Assembly (NCBI RefSeq): GCF_000150275.1
Contig: NW_002060945.1
Location: 1,003,872 to 1,067,871 of the forward strand
DNA length: 64,000 nt
Source of the DNA: Trichoplax adhaerens
Lineage: Eukaryota; Animalia; Placozoa
Direction: 5' to 3'
The notes beneath the pieces were generated by a model, which was given only the letters and a program-made list of their open reading frames with translations, made no database searches and was not told where the DNA came from. A program made the position numbers and the translations under genes. This document shows, piece by piece, positions 15,401 through 30,832 of this stretch (position 1 is the stretch's first letter; every line of letters begins with the position of its first letter).

Positions 15401-18400
15401 CTCTCTTATATATTATCTGCGAATGTTTTAATTCTTGTAATATATCTATCAGGTTTTTACAAATATGGCATCCATTTCATTTATTAGTTGGCTCCTACTA
15501 GAAGTACCAGTTGATTATTGTCTATCCGCTTTACGAATAGGTTGTATAAAGCATTAGATATTACATTATATCTCAAATTTCTTCGAAATAAATTCTAAAT
15601 TTTGATTCATCATTACTACTTTACTACCAACACACAATGTAGCTGATATCATCACTCGTTCGGCCAAACAGCACCATCCTTCATTAATGCCATGTTTGGA
15701 CATATTTGTGTTGCCATTGGTCAACCTTTTATCTTTACCATCGCATGACGATCAAAGTTTTATCTTCGACCACGTAACGGACATTAAGCAGTTATCATAT
15801 CAGCTACTAGATACAATAAGCAATATTTGTATAAATACTTCTTATGAGATGTTAACTAGTACAGAAATGACTGAAGATGAATATAAAGATAATGAGAATG
15901 AGGTAATAATGGTCTATCACTCGTTACGAGAATCGTACACTTTGAGATCCTGACCGTTTATAGCATTCTTGAAGTTTTATAATACTTTACTGTTCAACAG
16001 GATGAAAATTTTTCCTCCATTACGATGGGAAACTTGCCTACATTTTTCTGTTTTAGTAGGAATATTGAGATAATCAAAAGGTGAATATCTACCCTTCTTA
16101 CTAATGTATATTAATATTATACTGTAATATTAATCTTGACTCTCTCCGTTTGTTAACTAATAGGTCATCAATTGCTTCTGTGGCCTGGCTTGATTCAGTG
16201 GACAAAGTTTCTCATGATATCTTATCTAAACTTTGTACAATTATCATAGGATCATTCCTATTTAATCCTCAAGAGATAGTAATCTCTGCCGCTATAAATG
16301 CAACCACTAGACATTGCCGAAATTGTCCAGATCAGGTCAGTGTTCTTGGCTATTCCTATTTTATAGATATTGTCTGGTATTATTACTTGATATATGATAT
16401 TCAAACCGTTGATTCTCACTGCAACTTCACGATCTTGGAAATTACAGGTCCTTTATTTCCTTTCCGCAATGCTTTACAAAATCAATAGCGACTGCATGCC
16501 CGCTACACGTCTTAACATACTATATTGTATTCCGAAATTAGCCACACACAAAGTTTGCTTACAATTGCTTAAGTTGCTTCTTTATAATCAGGTCTATAAC
16601 TCGTTGATATTTTTTAACCTTTTTCTTACTTTCTATTTCCTAAGGTTAATACAGGACCTGTATTGACAGTTCTTACTATAATGGCAACGAATAATGACTT
16701 GAAAGCTATCGGAATACGCTTACTGACAGAGTTATGGCTACAAGAAGTATAACTAATATGCGTATTTCGCAAACCATGAAACTTAACTTTATATCATTAT
16801 TCTATCTGAAAATGTAATTCAGAGAATTTTTTTAAATTTAGGAGCGAATCTTTCCAAATTTATTAGATATACTTGAAAGATGTAATTATAACAAACATGA
16901 ACAGGATGACTACCAAATTGCTTGTTCATTATCTATTCGAGAAATATGCAAAATCAGGTTCTCTAATTTTCTGTTGGAACTTTTACTTACGGACCGATAT
17001 TGCCCATGTTTAATTGAGTACACTCATAACTGATTACCTATTGTCAATAGGCCGAATACCTATGGCAAAGATACTCTACCATTAGTGGCTAAAATATTGG
17101 CTCCGTCCAATGGTGAAGTAAATATTATCAGTAAAGCAGCGGCACTGGAAGGGTTGTATTATCTATGTGAAGCTAAGGTTAGCTTTGATAGAAAACAATA
17201 TTTCTTACTTTCCTAAATTAGTCTTTTTAAGGTGTAATCATAATATGTTATATAATTAGAAAGCTGAATACGATATAACTAGAAATTAGGCAATGCAGAT
17301 CATTTTATAAATTACGGACAATACTTCTGGGTAGGTCGTGGACCTAGTTACCGTCTGGAATGTTTTCGTTGTCCATTTATCTGGCGATCACCGGTTAGAA
17401 GTCGTCCTGTGATCTCATTAGTGATTATAAAAAATAATATTGTATGATGTGCGGACAAGACAGTAACAAGATTATATTATTTAGAACACCCGTCGCTACT
17501 CGAATGTGTAATTTATTGTCGTTACTTCCAAGACTAGCATATATTCAAAAAAGTGCCAAATATGAGGTAATGGCGGATACTACAGTGATGTACAATTACT
17601 TTCCACCAGTTTTAAGTACAATATTGATAGATACATTTCATTTGCTATGTCTTGACGCGTTTTCGCTTGGATATCCGACTATTGCGAAAATTATAGGAAT
17701 TTAACAATCAAGCATTACAGAAATTATGGCATTACACATTATTTAAGGTTAGGCGTTAATAGATTGGATTCATATTTAATTATGTACTTTTTAAAATTCA
17801 TGAAGTTTGCCATACTTACAGGAAAAAGAGATAAGACTCGCAGCATTTACGGCATTGGCAGAATTTTCACTAACACAAATGAATATCACTTGCTTGCCGA
17901 CCATTTTGAAAGAAATTTTGAAAAGAAGTTCAAAAGACCATAGTTTGGAGAGCGATGAGACGAACACTAATCAGTTATTATCTGGCCAAGATATCTGTAA
18001 CCTCATTCTTTATTACCCTAATGATTGTTTGCCAGGTATTCATCGTGATGAAGTAATGTAGCCAATTCTTTTTCTCACATTATGGCGTAGCTTATCAGGG
18101 AGTTCTCTATAATGTCATAGGTATTGAACCTTGGATCACTCAATTGATAAAAGAGGATTTAGAAGCGCTATGTCATGCTGATATCTATAAGGCAAACCGC
18201 AAATCTGAGCAGGGTGACGCTAACTCAATTTACGAATCAATATCAGTAAAGTTATGGAAGGCCTATCAGGCTTGTAACAATCAAACGATGTTATCCAATC
18301 TAGCAGGTAAGTAATGCTCCTCTAAAAGATTTTACTGGAGGTATCGCTACAGATTGTTCTTTCTTCTATTTAATAATTAGTTGTTGATTGCTTAGATTTA

Positions 18401-21400
18401 ATAACGATTCCAAATGTTAATTACACATATTGCAAGACTAACTTTATTTTTTATATTGGCAACGCTTTGATCACTTAGGAGGTCTACTATTCGCATATGA
18501 TCCACGAATTAATTACGATTCTGTAGATGATGAAAAAAACTGTCATTATTATCTTAGTATGCTAGAGAGCGCATTGTTTGAGGTACTATCCGCTGTAATT
18601 TCTTATTTAAGTTAAAATTATAGACAACATTATACTCAATATTAACATTGTCTACTTTGGCATCTTTGTTAGATCACATTCGATCCAACAGACTGGTACG
18701 CTATTATTCATTTACTAATGGCTTGGAGTGATTTTATGAATCGCGTGATGCAAGCTTGTATTGAGGTATGTGTAGTTGTGCTGATAATAAATTTATAAAC
18801 ACAATCAGAAGGAATGCTTATATTCTAAGAAACGTAATTTGAATACTGCTAGCACTTTCATGTGAAATAATTCGTTAGCGTAAAATCAATAAGTAATAAT
18901 GATCTGACCCACATTTGTATGCTAATTAGTACCATAAATCTCAAATACTGATGCGCTCTACTAGTGGAGATGCACAAAACGAATTAAAGGATGAAACGGA
19001 AGAAACATTGTTTAGGTGTTGTTTAGAAATCTAATAATAATCGTCCTTATGTTAGAATTTACATTCAGTATCGATATGTTCTTATATTTCTTATAGAACT
19101 ACTGTGTTAAGATCTTATCTGTTTTATATATATTCTAATGCTTTGCTTCAGAGTTCGAGAAGACATTGTCAAGCGATTGAATGCGGCATTTAAGTTAGTA
19201 ATGAGCAAAATCACTTTTTCGAGTCATACGTGAACGTATTTTAGCTAATTACGGTAATGTAGGTAACATAGTAATACTATCCCTCTGCCCCACATTAACG
19301 AAATGTATTATAATAGAAATATCAGCAAAATCCAAGCTAATGTAATATTGGCCCTGGGTGGTCTAGCTGTGTCTCTCTTAAATCATATCGAATCAAGTGA
19401 AAGTGATCGGACGAATCATCGTGAATGGTTGATAGCATTAGCTGATCAACTTTTAGATATATATAAAGGGCAAACCACCTCAAAAATTAGTAGTAACTTA
19501 ATTTTAGAGGTATTCTAGTAAATTAAATTTTAAAACTACATTCAATTCATTTTATTAACGGCAAAACTGTGTTTAACATGAGTTATGATAATATGTTTGA
19601 ATTATTAAGAATTACTCTTCCGTGATGTCACCAGTCGTTCGAGGGTGTGCTGCTCTTTCACTTTCTCAGCTGATAGCACATTTAGCAGAAATCGAATCAG
19701 AAAAATCACAGCTTGTTATGTATGCTTTAACAGAAGAATTTGCAACTACCAATAGGTGAGATACGACGTGAGAAGAATAAGCTAACAGTAAAATTTACAT
19801 AACCGCTCAAAAACTTTTATGAAGTTGATTAAACTACAGTTATCTAGAATTCTGTATTGAAATGCATGTTAGAGAAACTTTCTATGTCATTAATATATTG
19901 GCTCTTTTTAACCTATAGGGATAACAGTTCTCCATTTCTGCTTCTATCGAATACTGCATTAGGGTGTCTGATAAACAAATTACTATCAGCTCCTAGTAGG
20001 TAAGTTTTCGCAATCTCCTTTATAAAATAGATTGTGACAAAGATGACTTGCAATAACTTTTTTTATCCCGATTTAAATTTAGTGTGACCGCAAATCCAAA
20101 AGTAAGTAGTAATATTTCTTTATTTAAGTTAAGGAATTGCTTTATTTATCGTAACTAGCACCGGCTTTCAGTGATAGTGACTGAATAACCATACTATTTT
20201 TGATAACCTAGTTGCATATCAACATATCCATAGCCATAAAATCGCTACAGGATGCTGTGTGTGATGATACCTTTAAATTCAAGTAAGTCAGTAGCTTATT
20301 TTGATATCTTTGATGTTATTTGGTGTGTTTAGCGTATATCTTATATCATAATTATTCACAATATGTCTGAAGAAATGAAGCTGCTTGCAGCTTAGCTATT
20401 GCTGTCGCTAAATTTTCACGGCATGAAGACAATTTTAAATCCGTATCGGAGATTAAAAATATCTTAATTCAGAAGCTGAGTGAATGTAGCAACCAGTGTG
20501 ATCAAAATCTTGTCCAAGTATGTATTGATAGTCGGAAACTATCTCGTTTTTGCGAAATTGATTAGTCAATAAGTGCATTATTAAAATTTTTGATCTGAAA
20601 ATTATCAGAACCTCACTTATTCTCTAGCGATGATAATTTCGACAATGATACGAAATGAATGGATAAGTGCTAGCGAAATTTCACAACTAGATGATATGAT
20701 TTCTAACATTATGGCTGGAACCGAGTCTATAAATCAGCGAGCTATTGGTATGCTGATGCGATCGTATCAAGTTTTGAATATTTCGGAATTAAACAATAAA
20801 AGTCTGCAAAAATTGCAAGAATGGGGAAATATACTCAAAGGACAGGTAGATACCATAATTAGTCAGCCGTTTATCTATATATTTTATAAGGATCTCGGCA
20901 TACCTTGCGTATTACAAAAATGGAGCTGCATCTGCTTTATTTTGCAAATTTTTTTTGGTTAGATCGTTAGTGCAGATGCTGAATTATCAATACTTGCAGG
21001 TCTGTGTGGATATTTTGGCAGTGAAAACATTTGGACCGTAAGTAAAAATTAGCTCGCGTACTGTTAATATCGCAAGCAGGCCTAGCCAAAGTTATGAAAT
21101 AATAAATCGATTTTATAAATTAGCTCATGTTAAGTGGTTAATATTGCGAAAGTGCATACAAACTTAACGAAGATTAATTACGATATAGCGTCAATCGCAA
21201 GTCCTGTATACCGCTAAAGAGCTGTTATTCATTAAAGGCGTGTACCATAGATTAAACAAGGTAAGTTATACTCGCTACGAATCTAACTACATTCATCAGA
21301 ACAGTGTCTGACAGGTAACACTTGGTAATTACTGTTATTAATGTTGTCGGCAGTTATTAAAAAAATCTAATGACTATCACCAATCTGGGAAAGCTGCCTG

Positions 21401-24179
21401 GCTGATGGGAATCGTTTCATCTGTGTTAAAGCCGGTTCTGAATGTTAACATAAACTGTAATTGATTTCGGAATTGATATCATGGTTTTAGCTTGTTTGTG
21501 AATTTATAGAGCCTATACTATTTTAGAACTAAATCTAGAGTAAAGGGTATTTCATGTTTTTAATTTCACTACCGTTGCGATAGTTTGCACTGATTACCAG
21601 TACCTGGTACGAGCTGATATATTACCCAATATATTCGAAACATTACGGCAAGCAGCTGCAAGTATTAGAACCAATAATTATAATTGATATATTTGTGTAC
21701 ATATACTTTCTAATTAATACGGCTTGCATAAATTTTAATGCTTTACAACTGAGATACAAATGCACTATGTGTTATGCATGATAGAAGATTTTGCCTCTAT
21801 GCCTGCAGAAAAGGTCAAAGCAACATTATCATGCTTACTTGAAGCTACTAAGAATGAATCCGTTTCCCTACCACCAGCGGACTGGTCTTCTATTCTAAAT
21901 CATATTGTAGAAATTGACAGTAAGTTATGACTAGCAAACTTGCAAATACTTTTGTAAGCATCTTAATAGGAAATAATACATGTAGACTGAAAGGTTTTAT
22001 TTAATTTTTTAAATCAATTGCAACGTACAGGAAGCCAGGAAATGGAAGATATCTGCTTAGAATTTGCACTGCAGAATATTAAATCTGGAGCTCTAAAATT
22101 TCTTCATGATAGGATAGCGCCATCTAGATTTCGCACGCTTTCGGTAGTAGTTTTGTAATTTCTATCATTATCATCAATTTATATGCGTTTGGCTTTAAAT
22201 GTCAGACATTTATCTTTCTGTTCTATCTTTAGCATCGTTCCAAATGTACATTGTTGTCATCTTATTTCACTATGATGACTGCCGTACCTGAATGGCAAAT
22301 ACAGTCTTTTACTGAAGGCCCATTCCGAGATTCTTTCGATCTTTTGGTAATTATCAGATATAAAGGAGCAATATACTGTAAAAACTAGCTTTCTTTTTAA
22401 CTAAGATTTTATCTTTATATCCGATTTTTAACAATTAGAAATCCGATTCGCTGTTGGTTACCAATGCTTTCATAGGATTAAGTCAAGCACTGAAGAATAA
22501 GTCGCACATTTATAAAAATTGCATGAACTGTATCATTAGCTGCCTTGATTCGATAGTTAGTAATTGGACTATAGAACAAATTACGGTAAGATATGACCAA
22601 AATTTTTCAATGGTTAATAATAGTAATTTAAAATCGGTACGTCATATTGAAACCACTACAATCGATTTTATAGCATCATAGAATCTTTTTCGAATGTTTA
22701 TCCTTGTTATCGGCAGTAGAGATTAGGCTATTATTAAAGGTATGAATAGGATAACCTAAGTAAGCTATGATAAAGATCATGTAAATAATAAAACTTTGTA
22801 CGCATACTATACTAGACTGTATTAACCTTGATTTTGATTTATTTATACCATAACTTTGATAATGACTAGGGTCAATTTAGTAAAGACATTAGCATTTGTC
22901 ATCACTTGGTTAAACTATATAATTATCCAGTAGAATTTTTGAGTGCCTATTTGCCATGGACAATTCAGGGTAATATCGCGCTACAATGTATACGAGTATA
23001 TTACAGCCTCGATAAAAGAAATGCTAAGATTGTTTTTCATGTTTTTTGCAAATACCGTCTTTAGAACATCATGACATGACTGAATTGGACATAGCTTTGC
23101 TAAGTACTATCGAAACCATACTATGTTCCAGCAGTAATGCCATCGATACCCATCAGAGTCAATTTACATTGGAATGGCTTGTAGAACAATTAAATCCCAT
23201 GAGTGACTTTTTACTAAACTTACAAGTTACTTCCAATGATTTATCCAAGGTATAACCTACCTTTTCGCTAGTTATGATATATCATGGAATATAGCTTACA
23301 GCAAATGTAATAAGTATTCGCTCTGTTAGTGTACTATAACATTTATTTTGTTTTAAATAGATGTTAGAATGGGCATATACGTACGAGTAGAATTTTTTGT
23401 TCTTTCTTCGCGTGTTAAAGCCACAGTTATTTATATTTATTACTTTCAACTAAGTAAACTTACTATGCTATGTAAAAGTCTTACAGTAGTCATTTATTGA
23501 TTTCTTATTATAGGTAATAGTGGATTTTCTGGCCGTTATCTGCTCCGTTTTGATTTGCTTAGATCAACAAACGAAGATACTATTTTACTTTTATCCTTTT
23601 AATTGTCAGCTCCAGTTACATGATCGATTTGTAGGTAGTTCCACGATTGTAGAGCGTCTCGCTAAATATCTACCCGATCGCATTAACCAGCTTTCAAGTC
23701 AGGCCTCTTTATATCTAAGTCAACCGGTATATACAGTAGTTTAAGAAGCTTATATTTTTGTTCTACTCAAGTAATCAATCAATATCTTTAATATTTCTAG
23801 TTATTGAATTGGTTTACTGATTTGCGTCAAAACTTTGGCGATCAACTAACGAAGCCATTGCGTCTAATTTTAAATGGTAAGGTTATTAAAGTAATTGATG
23901 AAAACTAGTTTTGTATAACTGTTAAATCATATGCCTTCGAAATAATGACAAGCTATTGCTTGCGATATATTCAAAGTATATATATGATACATACCGAACA
24001 GATGTATTGTATGTACTGTACACGTATCTGCTAATTTATATTTACAAGATAATTTTTACAATTCATTCTTTCATACTGTAGCATGTGAGCAAAGCTGCCT
24101 TGGTACTAATAAAGAAATTCAATTGAAAAATACATCTAAATATTTATCCCATGTATTTCATGATATAATATCTAATTGA
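12458..24179 (+). CDS. FOCAD: Focadhesin (KIAA1797) homologue, many small exons; start exon uncertain (first clearly homologous exon ~13231)
   Basis: Spliced segments AIKLLWENV, NHPFITLLVQRDNLWP, RLNILYCIPKLATHK...GIRLLTELWLQEERIFPNL, ALEGLYYLCEAKVVDLVTVW and IQANVILALGGLA match focadhesin motifs; last exon ends TGA at 24177-24179. Confidence 0.85.
13687..13710. repeat. (TA)n microsatellite in a FOCAD intron
   Basis: Run of about 12 TA units. Confidence 0.9.
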
Positions 24180-24913
24180 TTCAAGGACTACTCGAAAATG
24201 GTAATCTTAATTCAAATACATAGGCAATTAGGCATGCATTGCATACCCGACTATCCACAATGAAATCTATCAAAACCATTTATTGTAAACTGTTACCTAA
24301 AAAGCGCATAGAAATCAATAAACTGGATATCAAAATTTTTAATTAAGCGCAATGCTTTATTAAATAATATCTAAATTTATCGATTTTAGCAATATAAGTT
24401 ACGAATGGTATTCGCCCACCTGCCTTAAATAACGAAACTCTCATGTTGAACATACCCTATTCTAGGATACAAAAATGAAAAGTAGTAAAGCACAAAATGG
24501 ATGGTTACAGAACCGAAGGAATGCGTGCATGCTGTGTTTCACACCAACACATTTTAAATTACGGCAACAGAGTACAATTTGAAGTATTCGCACTGTATAG
24601 TAGAAATTTTGATGATATACATAGCTATTCCTACAACGAAGGTTGAACCGATATACAAACAGCAGCAATACAATTTATCACACATTACTTGATTAGATAA
24701 AGGATACTGACGGCTTTACATAACATTGAGTTTGGAATTCCCATAAAAAGATTTATTAATTCAATGGTTACTACTAAAGTTATCACTTTGCTATATATAT
24801 ACCATCGAGAAAATACGCTTATCAAAAATGTCGCAACACACACTACAATCCATTATACTTGTATTCATATGCTTGGTATCTAGTCAGTGAAACTATTACA
24901 GATGTAAATTATA

Positions 24914-27900
24914 TTATGAATGCAAAGGGTCAGCAACGATCTTAGCATTGTATTTTCTACCAATCAAGTCAACTTGTAGACTTTGACCCGCTTCTTTAAC
25001 TAGATGTGGTGGCAAGTAAGCAAATGCTATTCCTTTCTTGGCTTCATAATCGAAACCACCGGAAGTAGTATAGCCTTGAACCTAAAGAAAAGAATTGAAA
25101 TAGATTAGATTCCCAGTTAAGAAGGACGGTATTTAAGGAACTCAGTATTGCTTAATAATATTGTCTCTCTCAATATTAGGTGAACGCAATTACTAAGTGA
25201 GAGGATCTTAAATCCAGTCTTTCATATACAACAATAATGTTGCATAAGTACAGTATAATTAATTAAGAAATGTAGCTAAGGTCAGGTTAGATATAAAACT
25301 GGAGGCCATAGCAAGGATGTGAAGAATACTTACCGCATCGTTGACCCAAATAGATTCATTTCCTTCAGCGTCAACGTCAAAGGTATCTACGTTTAAAAAT
25401 ACCAACTGACGTGATGCTTCTTTAAGCTTTTCTGCTAAAACCGCTTCTTTTCCAATGAAAGGTTTTGTAAAATCTATGTATTTTTCTAGACCAGCTTCTA
25501 TAGGATTGGTATTGACACTAAACTAAAATTATGAAATACATTTGACAGATAATTAACTCCATTTCACTACTTCGGCATCTCTCATGTGACCGCGTGCATA
25601 TTAACACCGTAATTTATAAAAAATTTAGTATTCTTGTATATGAATCACCTCAAGGCCAAGAGCTCTAATACCAGCTTTCACTCGCAAATTACTTAGTGCA
25701 TAACTACCAACATGGCCTATATCAAATTCACTTCCAGCTTCCCACAAGTTGTTATGAAGGGCTTCCATGTCACTAGATCTAACATAAAATTCCCAACCAA
25801 ATTGTCCTAAAAAAATTCCGACCGGCTTAGAACGAACGTATTAACATAGTAGCTAATATATTGCATTTTTAAACCTGTAAACGACATAGCTACAGCTCCA
25901 ACTTCGACACCATTAATTAGCACCATCTGGCAAGTGTGATTAGGAAAGTTTGCTTCACTGAAGTTAGAACTTCCAGTGGCTTTTGCTAATATTTCGCGAG
26001 ATTTTGGCCCAGAAATTGCTAAACAATTCCATTCTTCAGTTACGTTGTTAATTTCGACGTCGTATTCTGCAGAGTTTTCTATCAACCAACTACGTAATAA
26101 AAAATTAATTAATACGCTATAGGAGCAATTTTGCTAATTTGAACTATGTAAGTAAGAAAATAGAATAAATCTCGAACTGGTACCGTAAATGATGCTTCTC
26201 AGCTGCGGCTCCACAAGTCAAAAAGAAATTATCTTCTTCAAGTCTTAGTACTTCGTATTCACCATAAACGCGTCCTTTTGGAGTTATCATGTGAGACACA
26301 TTAACTTGGCCAACCTGAATAGAAGCGTACGAGTGCAATATTTATTTTTTAAATAATTGTAAGATGACGAATGCTGTCATGTATTGCTAACATGACTTTC
26401 TTTGAATGCATTATTTATATACCTCGGGTAATTTGTTAGCTAGTACTTTACTTATAAATTTGGCAGCATCTTTGCCCTTCACAGTAACTTTACCATAAGA
26501 TGAAAGATCGTACAAGCCAGCCTTGTTAAGAACAAAGTTACATTCTCTACCAACAGGCCCAAACCAATTTGTTCTTTTATAACTAGGTATATATCCAGGT
26601 ACATCACCGGGAAGACAGAACCAATTTGGAACTTCCCAACCAGAACGAAAGCCGTAAACAGCACCATGGTTAGACAGACTAGAATAGAGTCCACTGACTC
26701 TCGATGTCGGACGCCCGGCAGGTCTTTCTTCTTTAGGATACATAATCATGTTATTTAAACCATAAGATTCACTAACTTTATCAAATAGATAATCCCTGGA
26801 TAAATAAGTAAATGTCAAATAAGTCAATGTATCACTTATATCAATATCCTAATTATTTGATATGCAATATTGGGAGATCGTTACACTATGGCTAACCTAG
26901 TCGCCCAAGAATCAAAGCGAGCACCATCAGTCTCCATTAAATCGTAAGGAGGTTCACCATCTACAATCCAATCTGCTAAATATCGGCCAGCACCACCTGA
27001 ATGAATGATACCATACCCAAAACCAACAGCATTCCAATAATTTCTTAATTCTGAAACAGGTCCGATTAATGGAATATTCTCTGGTGCAAAAGTTATAGGT
27101 CCCGAAATAAGGCGCTGAATGTCAGCATTAGCAAAAGCCGGAAAGCGAGACATGGCAATATTGTAGTGATCGACAATACGATCAATATCAGATTCGAATA
27201 GTTCTTTGCCAAAATCTGGCGGAACACCTTTATCATACCAATCCTTGCATACCACCATTTTATGAGGAGCTTCATAAGGTCCTACTACTAAAGCATCTTT
27301 CTCTTGTCTGAAATAATACGAGCCTTCCAGATCCCTCATAACCGGTATTTCACGTTTAAAATCTTTAAACTCTGGTATGCTACCAGTAACACAATATTGG
27401 TGATGAATAGCGACCAAAGGTAAATCTAAGCCAACCATTTGTCCAATCTTTCGACCATAAAATCCAGCAGCGTTGATAATATGTTTGGCAACTAGCATGC
27501 CTTGATCAGTATGAACTTCCCATCGTTTGTCAGGTCGTTGTTTCAAGTCGGTTACAGGTGTATTGACATAAATTTCTGCGCCATACTGTCTAGCACCAAT
27601 GGCTAATGCCTGAGTCAGTGAATAAGGGTCAATATGACCATCATTTGGGTTATACAATCCAGCTAAAACCGAATCAATATTGATAATTGGACATAATTCT
27701 TTAATTTCTTCGGGTGAAACTATCCATTGAGGTGCTTTGTTCCATCCGTGACGACTCATGTGATAGTAGATTTCATTGACACGTTCTGGTGTTGTAGCCA
27801 AGCGTAGGCTTCCAGGCTTATGGAAACCAACGTCCTAGTAAACAATGATTTTGTGCTCAGCTATAAATTCTATTCATTTTATAATAGGAGTCTAAAATTT

Positions 27901-29153
27901 GTTATTGATTTCTTTTAATTTTTCAGTAATAGAGTATGATATTTAATAATTAATTGCTAGTCTTGCAAATGTACAATAGTAGTAATAATGGATATATTTT
28001 ACGTAGTAGAAGATTGTATAAACATAAAATGTAATAATCGATACTTACTTGGCCCGTTTCTGCTTCTAAAACATTAAAGAGGTTAATACTATCCCAATGA
28101 ATTCTTTTAAGATTAATACCAGGATGGAAATAAGTTGCTAATCCAGCCTATAAGTAGATTAATTTTGTAAATAATAGCATAATTGTCAGCAATACGCATA
28201 GAATAGTAAATAAGGGTATATTTCATAAGGTAGGATATTTGATTGATGTATCACTTTTATTTTTTGACTATTTAATATTTATTTTTTAGGGGATAAATAT
28301 GACTATCTGGTAGTATAGCATCATATACGCGTAGAGATACAGCATCGACCCACGAGTAATTTCTAGATCATGGGCTACTAGTACTGTAGTAGGTACTTTA
28401 AGTTAATTATCAAGTAATAGTATAAGTAATGTTGGCTATTACCGTAGAGTAAGCATACAAATACGCATGCAGTAGTGTAGTTAAGATAATAATTTCCACT
28501 TAACATCATTAGAAAGAGTAATGATATAGGGATAGTACGCGTATAGGCAATTAACGGAGCTGTCATTTCACCCATGAATATAATTACCGCGTGCCATGTT
28601 GATCCAGCAGTTAATTCTGACTTTTCTAGCAAGACAACATCTTTCACTTCTCTCTTGGCTAAATGATATGCAATACTTGCACCTACAGCTCCTCCGCCAA
28701 TAACAACAGCATCGCATTCATCGCTTTGGCGTTTGCTTAACGATGATCTAGAAAAGGAGAACCATCAAGATCTATATCGACTGCAAGGTATTCATACTTA
28801 ACGGTGATCCTTGATTAATTCATTATTAGGACGACTTTTGTATGTCTTCATTACATGCAATAGGCATACAATATAAGTAAAGCTACATTAAAAGTAGATT
28901 TAACGCAATACAGTGCATAGTGCATATATACGAGCTACGTCTGATGGCAAATCAATCATATCATTTGTTATTATAGCATGCTATTATTTTGCTGTTACAG
29001 AAGAGGTAGAGTGCTTTACATCCTTGTATTTTTTTTCCCTCTTTTAATGTCTTACCCTAGTGTCGAAGCGAAACGCTGAGGACCAAGCTTGAGTAACGAC
29101 TGGCTCTTTAAAGCAGCCCTGCCACAATTTCTCAATGATGCAATGGATAGCAT
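24914..29153 (-). CDS. DMGDH: Dimethylglycine dehydrogenase, mitochondrial
   Basis: Arg/Ser/Leu-rich presequence [31 protein letters not shown]; [20 protein letters not shown] motif; [17 protein letters not shown] (flavinylated His); [14 protein letters not shown]; [11 protein letters not shown]; GcvT-like C-terminus; stop at 24914-24916. Confidence 0.95.
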
Positions 29154-29811
29154 AGTTACTGCATTAATAGAAGATAATAAACAAATACCCGTTCAACATG
29201 ATTGACATGCCCGTGTATAAGCGCTACAATCATTTTGGAAAATATTGAACACTGCAATCCGTTTCCTTTCATGTACAATCTCAAGACTAGCACTAAACCC
29301 ATACGAATATAGTTGTAGTACTAGTAATATCATGATTTGTGCTATGCATTGGCTGCAGTAGAATACAGCATGTCAACAATATCAAAAGTTCAAAACACTT
29401 TTTTTACAGTATTATTTGCTGCGCAATTTTATCTTATCCTAATGAAGGAGTAGGACTGTCTATTATCTCCTCTCTTGCACTTATTAATCTATTTATTATT
29501 ATGTTATCGTCAGCATCAGCATTGGTGATCTCCTGTCGTATGGGCTTGCACTATCGACTGTATTTCTCAACTATCAACATACTAGCGTTCGGTAGAAAGT
29601 AGCGTCATGATGCGATTTAGCACTTTAGCAACAGCATCCAAGCTGCAAGAAAGAGTAGGTCAACATTTTGTCAAAGCTGTAAAAATAAATATTACTATGA
29701 AGTTAAGAGTACATAACTATCTATCCATCATTAACTGGATCCTGATAAGCTTTTAATCTGTTGTATTCCATGTAGAAACAAGAAAAAAAAAATTTGCAAA
29801 TCTCAACTTAC

Positions 29812-30832
29812 GAGGCTTTAGGTTGGGATCAGCAAGGCTGCGGCGACGAGAAGACTCTTAAGAGTTGACGCCTGGAACTGACTTGTACGCAGTTCAATTT
29901 AATAGTTCACTGCTACAGTACATACTTGGTGCTTGCTTGTGGTCTTTCGTACTTGGTACTTTTCTCTCATAGGCTAGTCCCTGTTTGGGTGCAGGAGGTC
30001 TACTATACAGTACAATCGAGTACAGTACTGTACACTGTACACTGTATAGTACTGCTTGAAGTCATATGGGCGCTGCCTCTGCAAACTGTAAAAACTGGAT
30101 TTTTTTTCCACCAACAAGAGCATCAATTAATTATATATTATACTGTATTGATTTATTTATTTATTGAAGAGTATAATGTCGATATACTGCATAAAGAATG
30201 ATGATCATCATAATAATACAGGAATAGTAATAACTACCAGTACTTCTTGTTTGCACTCTATTAACATAAACAGTACTATACGTATGCCATAAGCTAGCGA
30301 ATTATGTTCCCGCTCACCCGCCCGTCATCAGGCGACGATTTTTACTTTATTTGACATTTGATGGGAGGCAATTTCTACTAATCTGTGTTGCTATTATACA
30401 GTACAGACTTTAGATGCCAACCTTGTTGCCGTATGAATCGATTCCTATAATCTATCCTAGCAACTTATGGCAAAAATAGACTAATTCATTGAATCGATGT
30501 ATACCTTATGGCGAATTGATTAGCGTACAGTATATTGCATATGCAACATTCTGCTGATCTCATTTCAAGGGCACCCTGCAGAACAACTAAGATTGCACAA
30601 CACAATTACCCAACAACGTTTTTTTTTTTTTCCCCTCCGCACAACACGTGGATTCATTATAGAATTATAGGAAGAGAGAAAAACGTTTTACGGAGTACTG
30701 CAGTCCCGAAGTCGACTACTCTTCCACTTAGTGCTTGTCTCTTTTTATTTTGGGATTATTTTTTTATTTTTTTTTGGATTCACTGTCGTCCTCTGCCTTT
30801 ACGGTGTAGACCACTATTATAACAGGTGTTAG
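29812..30832. promoter_or_regulatory. Putative bidirectional promoter with non-coding first exons of DMGDH and BHMT-A
   Basis: Minus-strand GTAAGT donor at 29811-29806 and plus-strand GTGAGT donor at 30833-30838 face outward. Both genes have splice acceptors just upstream of their ATG. Confidence 0.45.
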
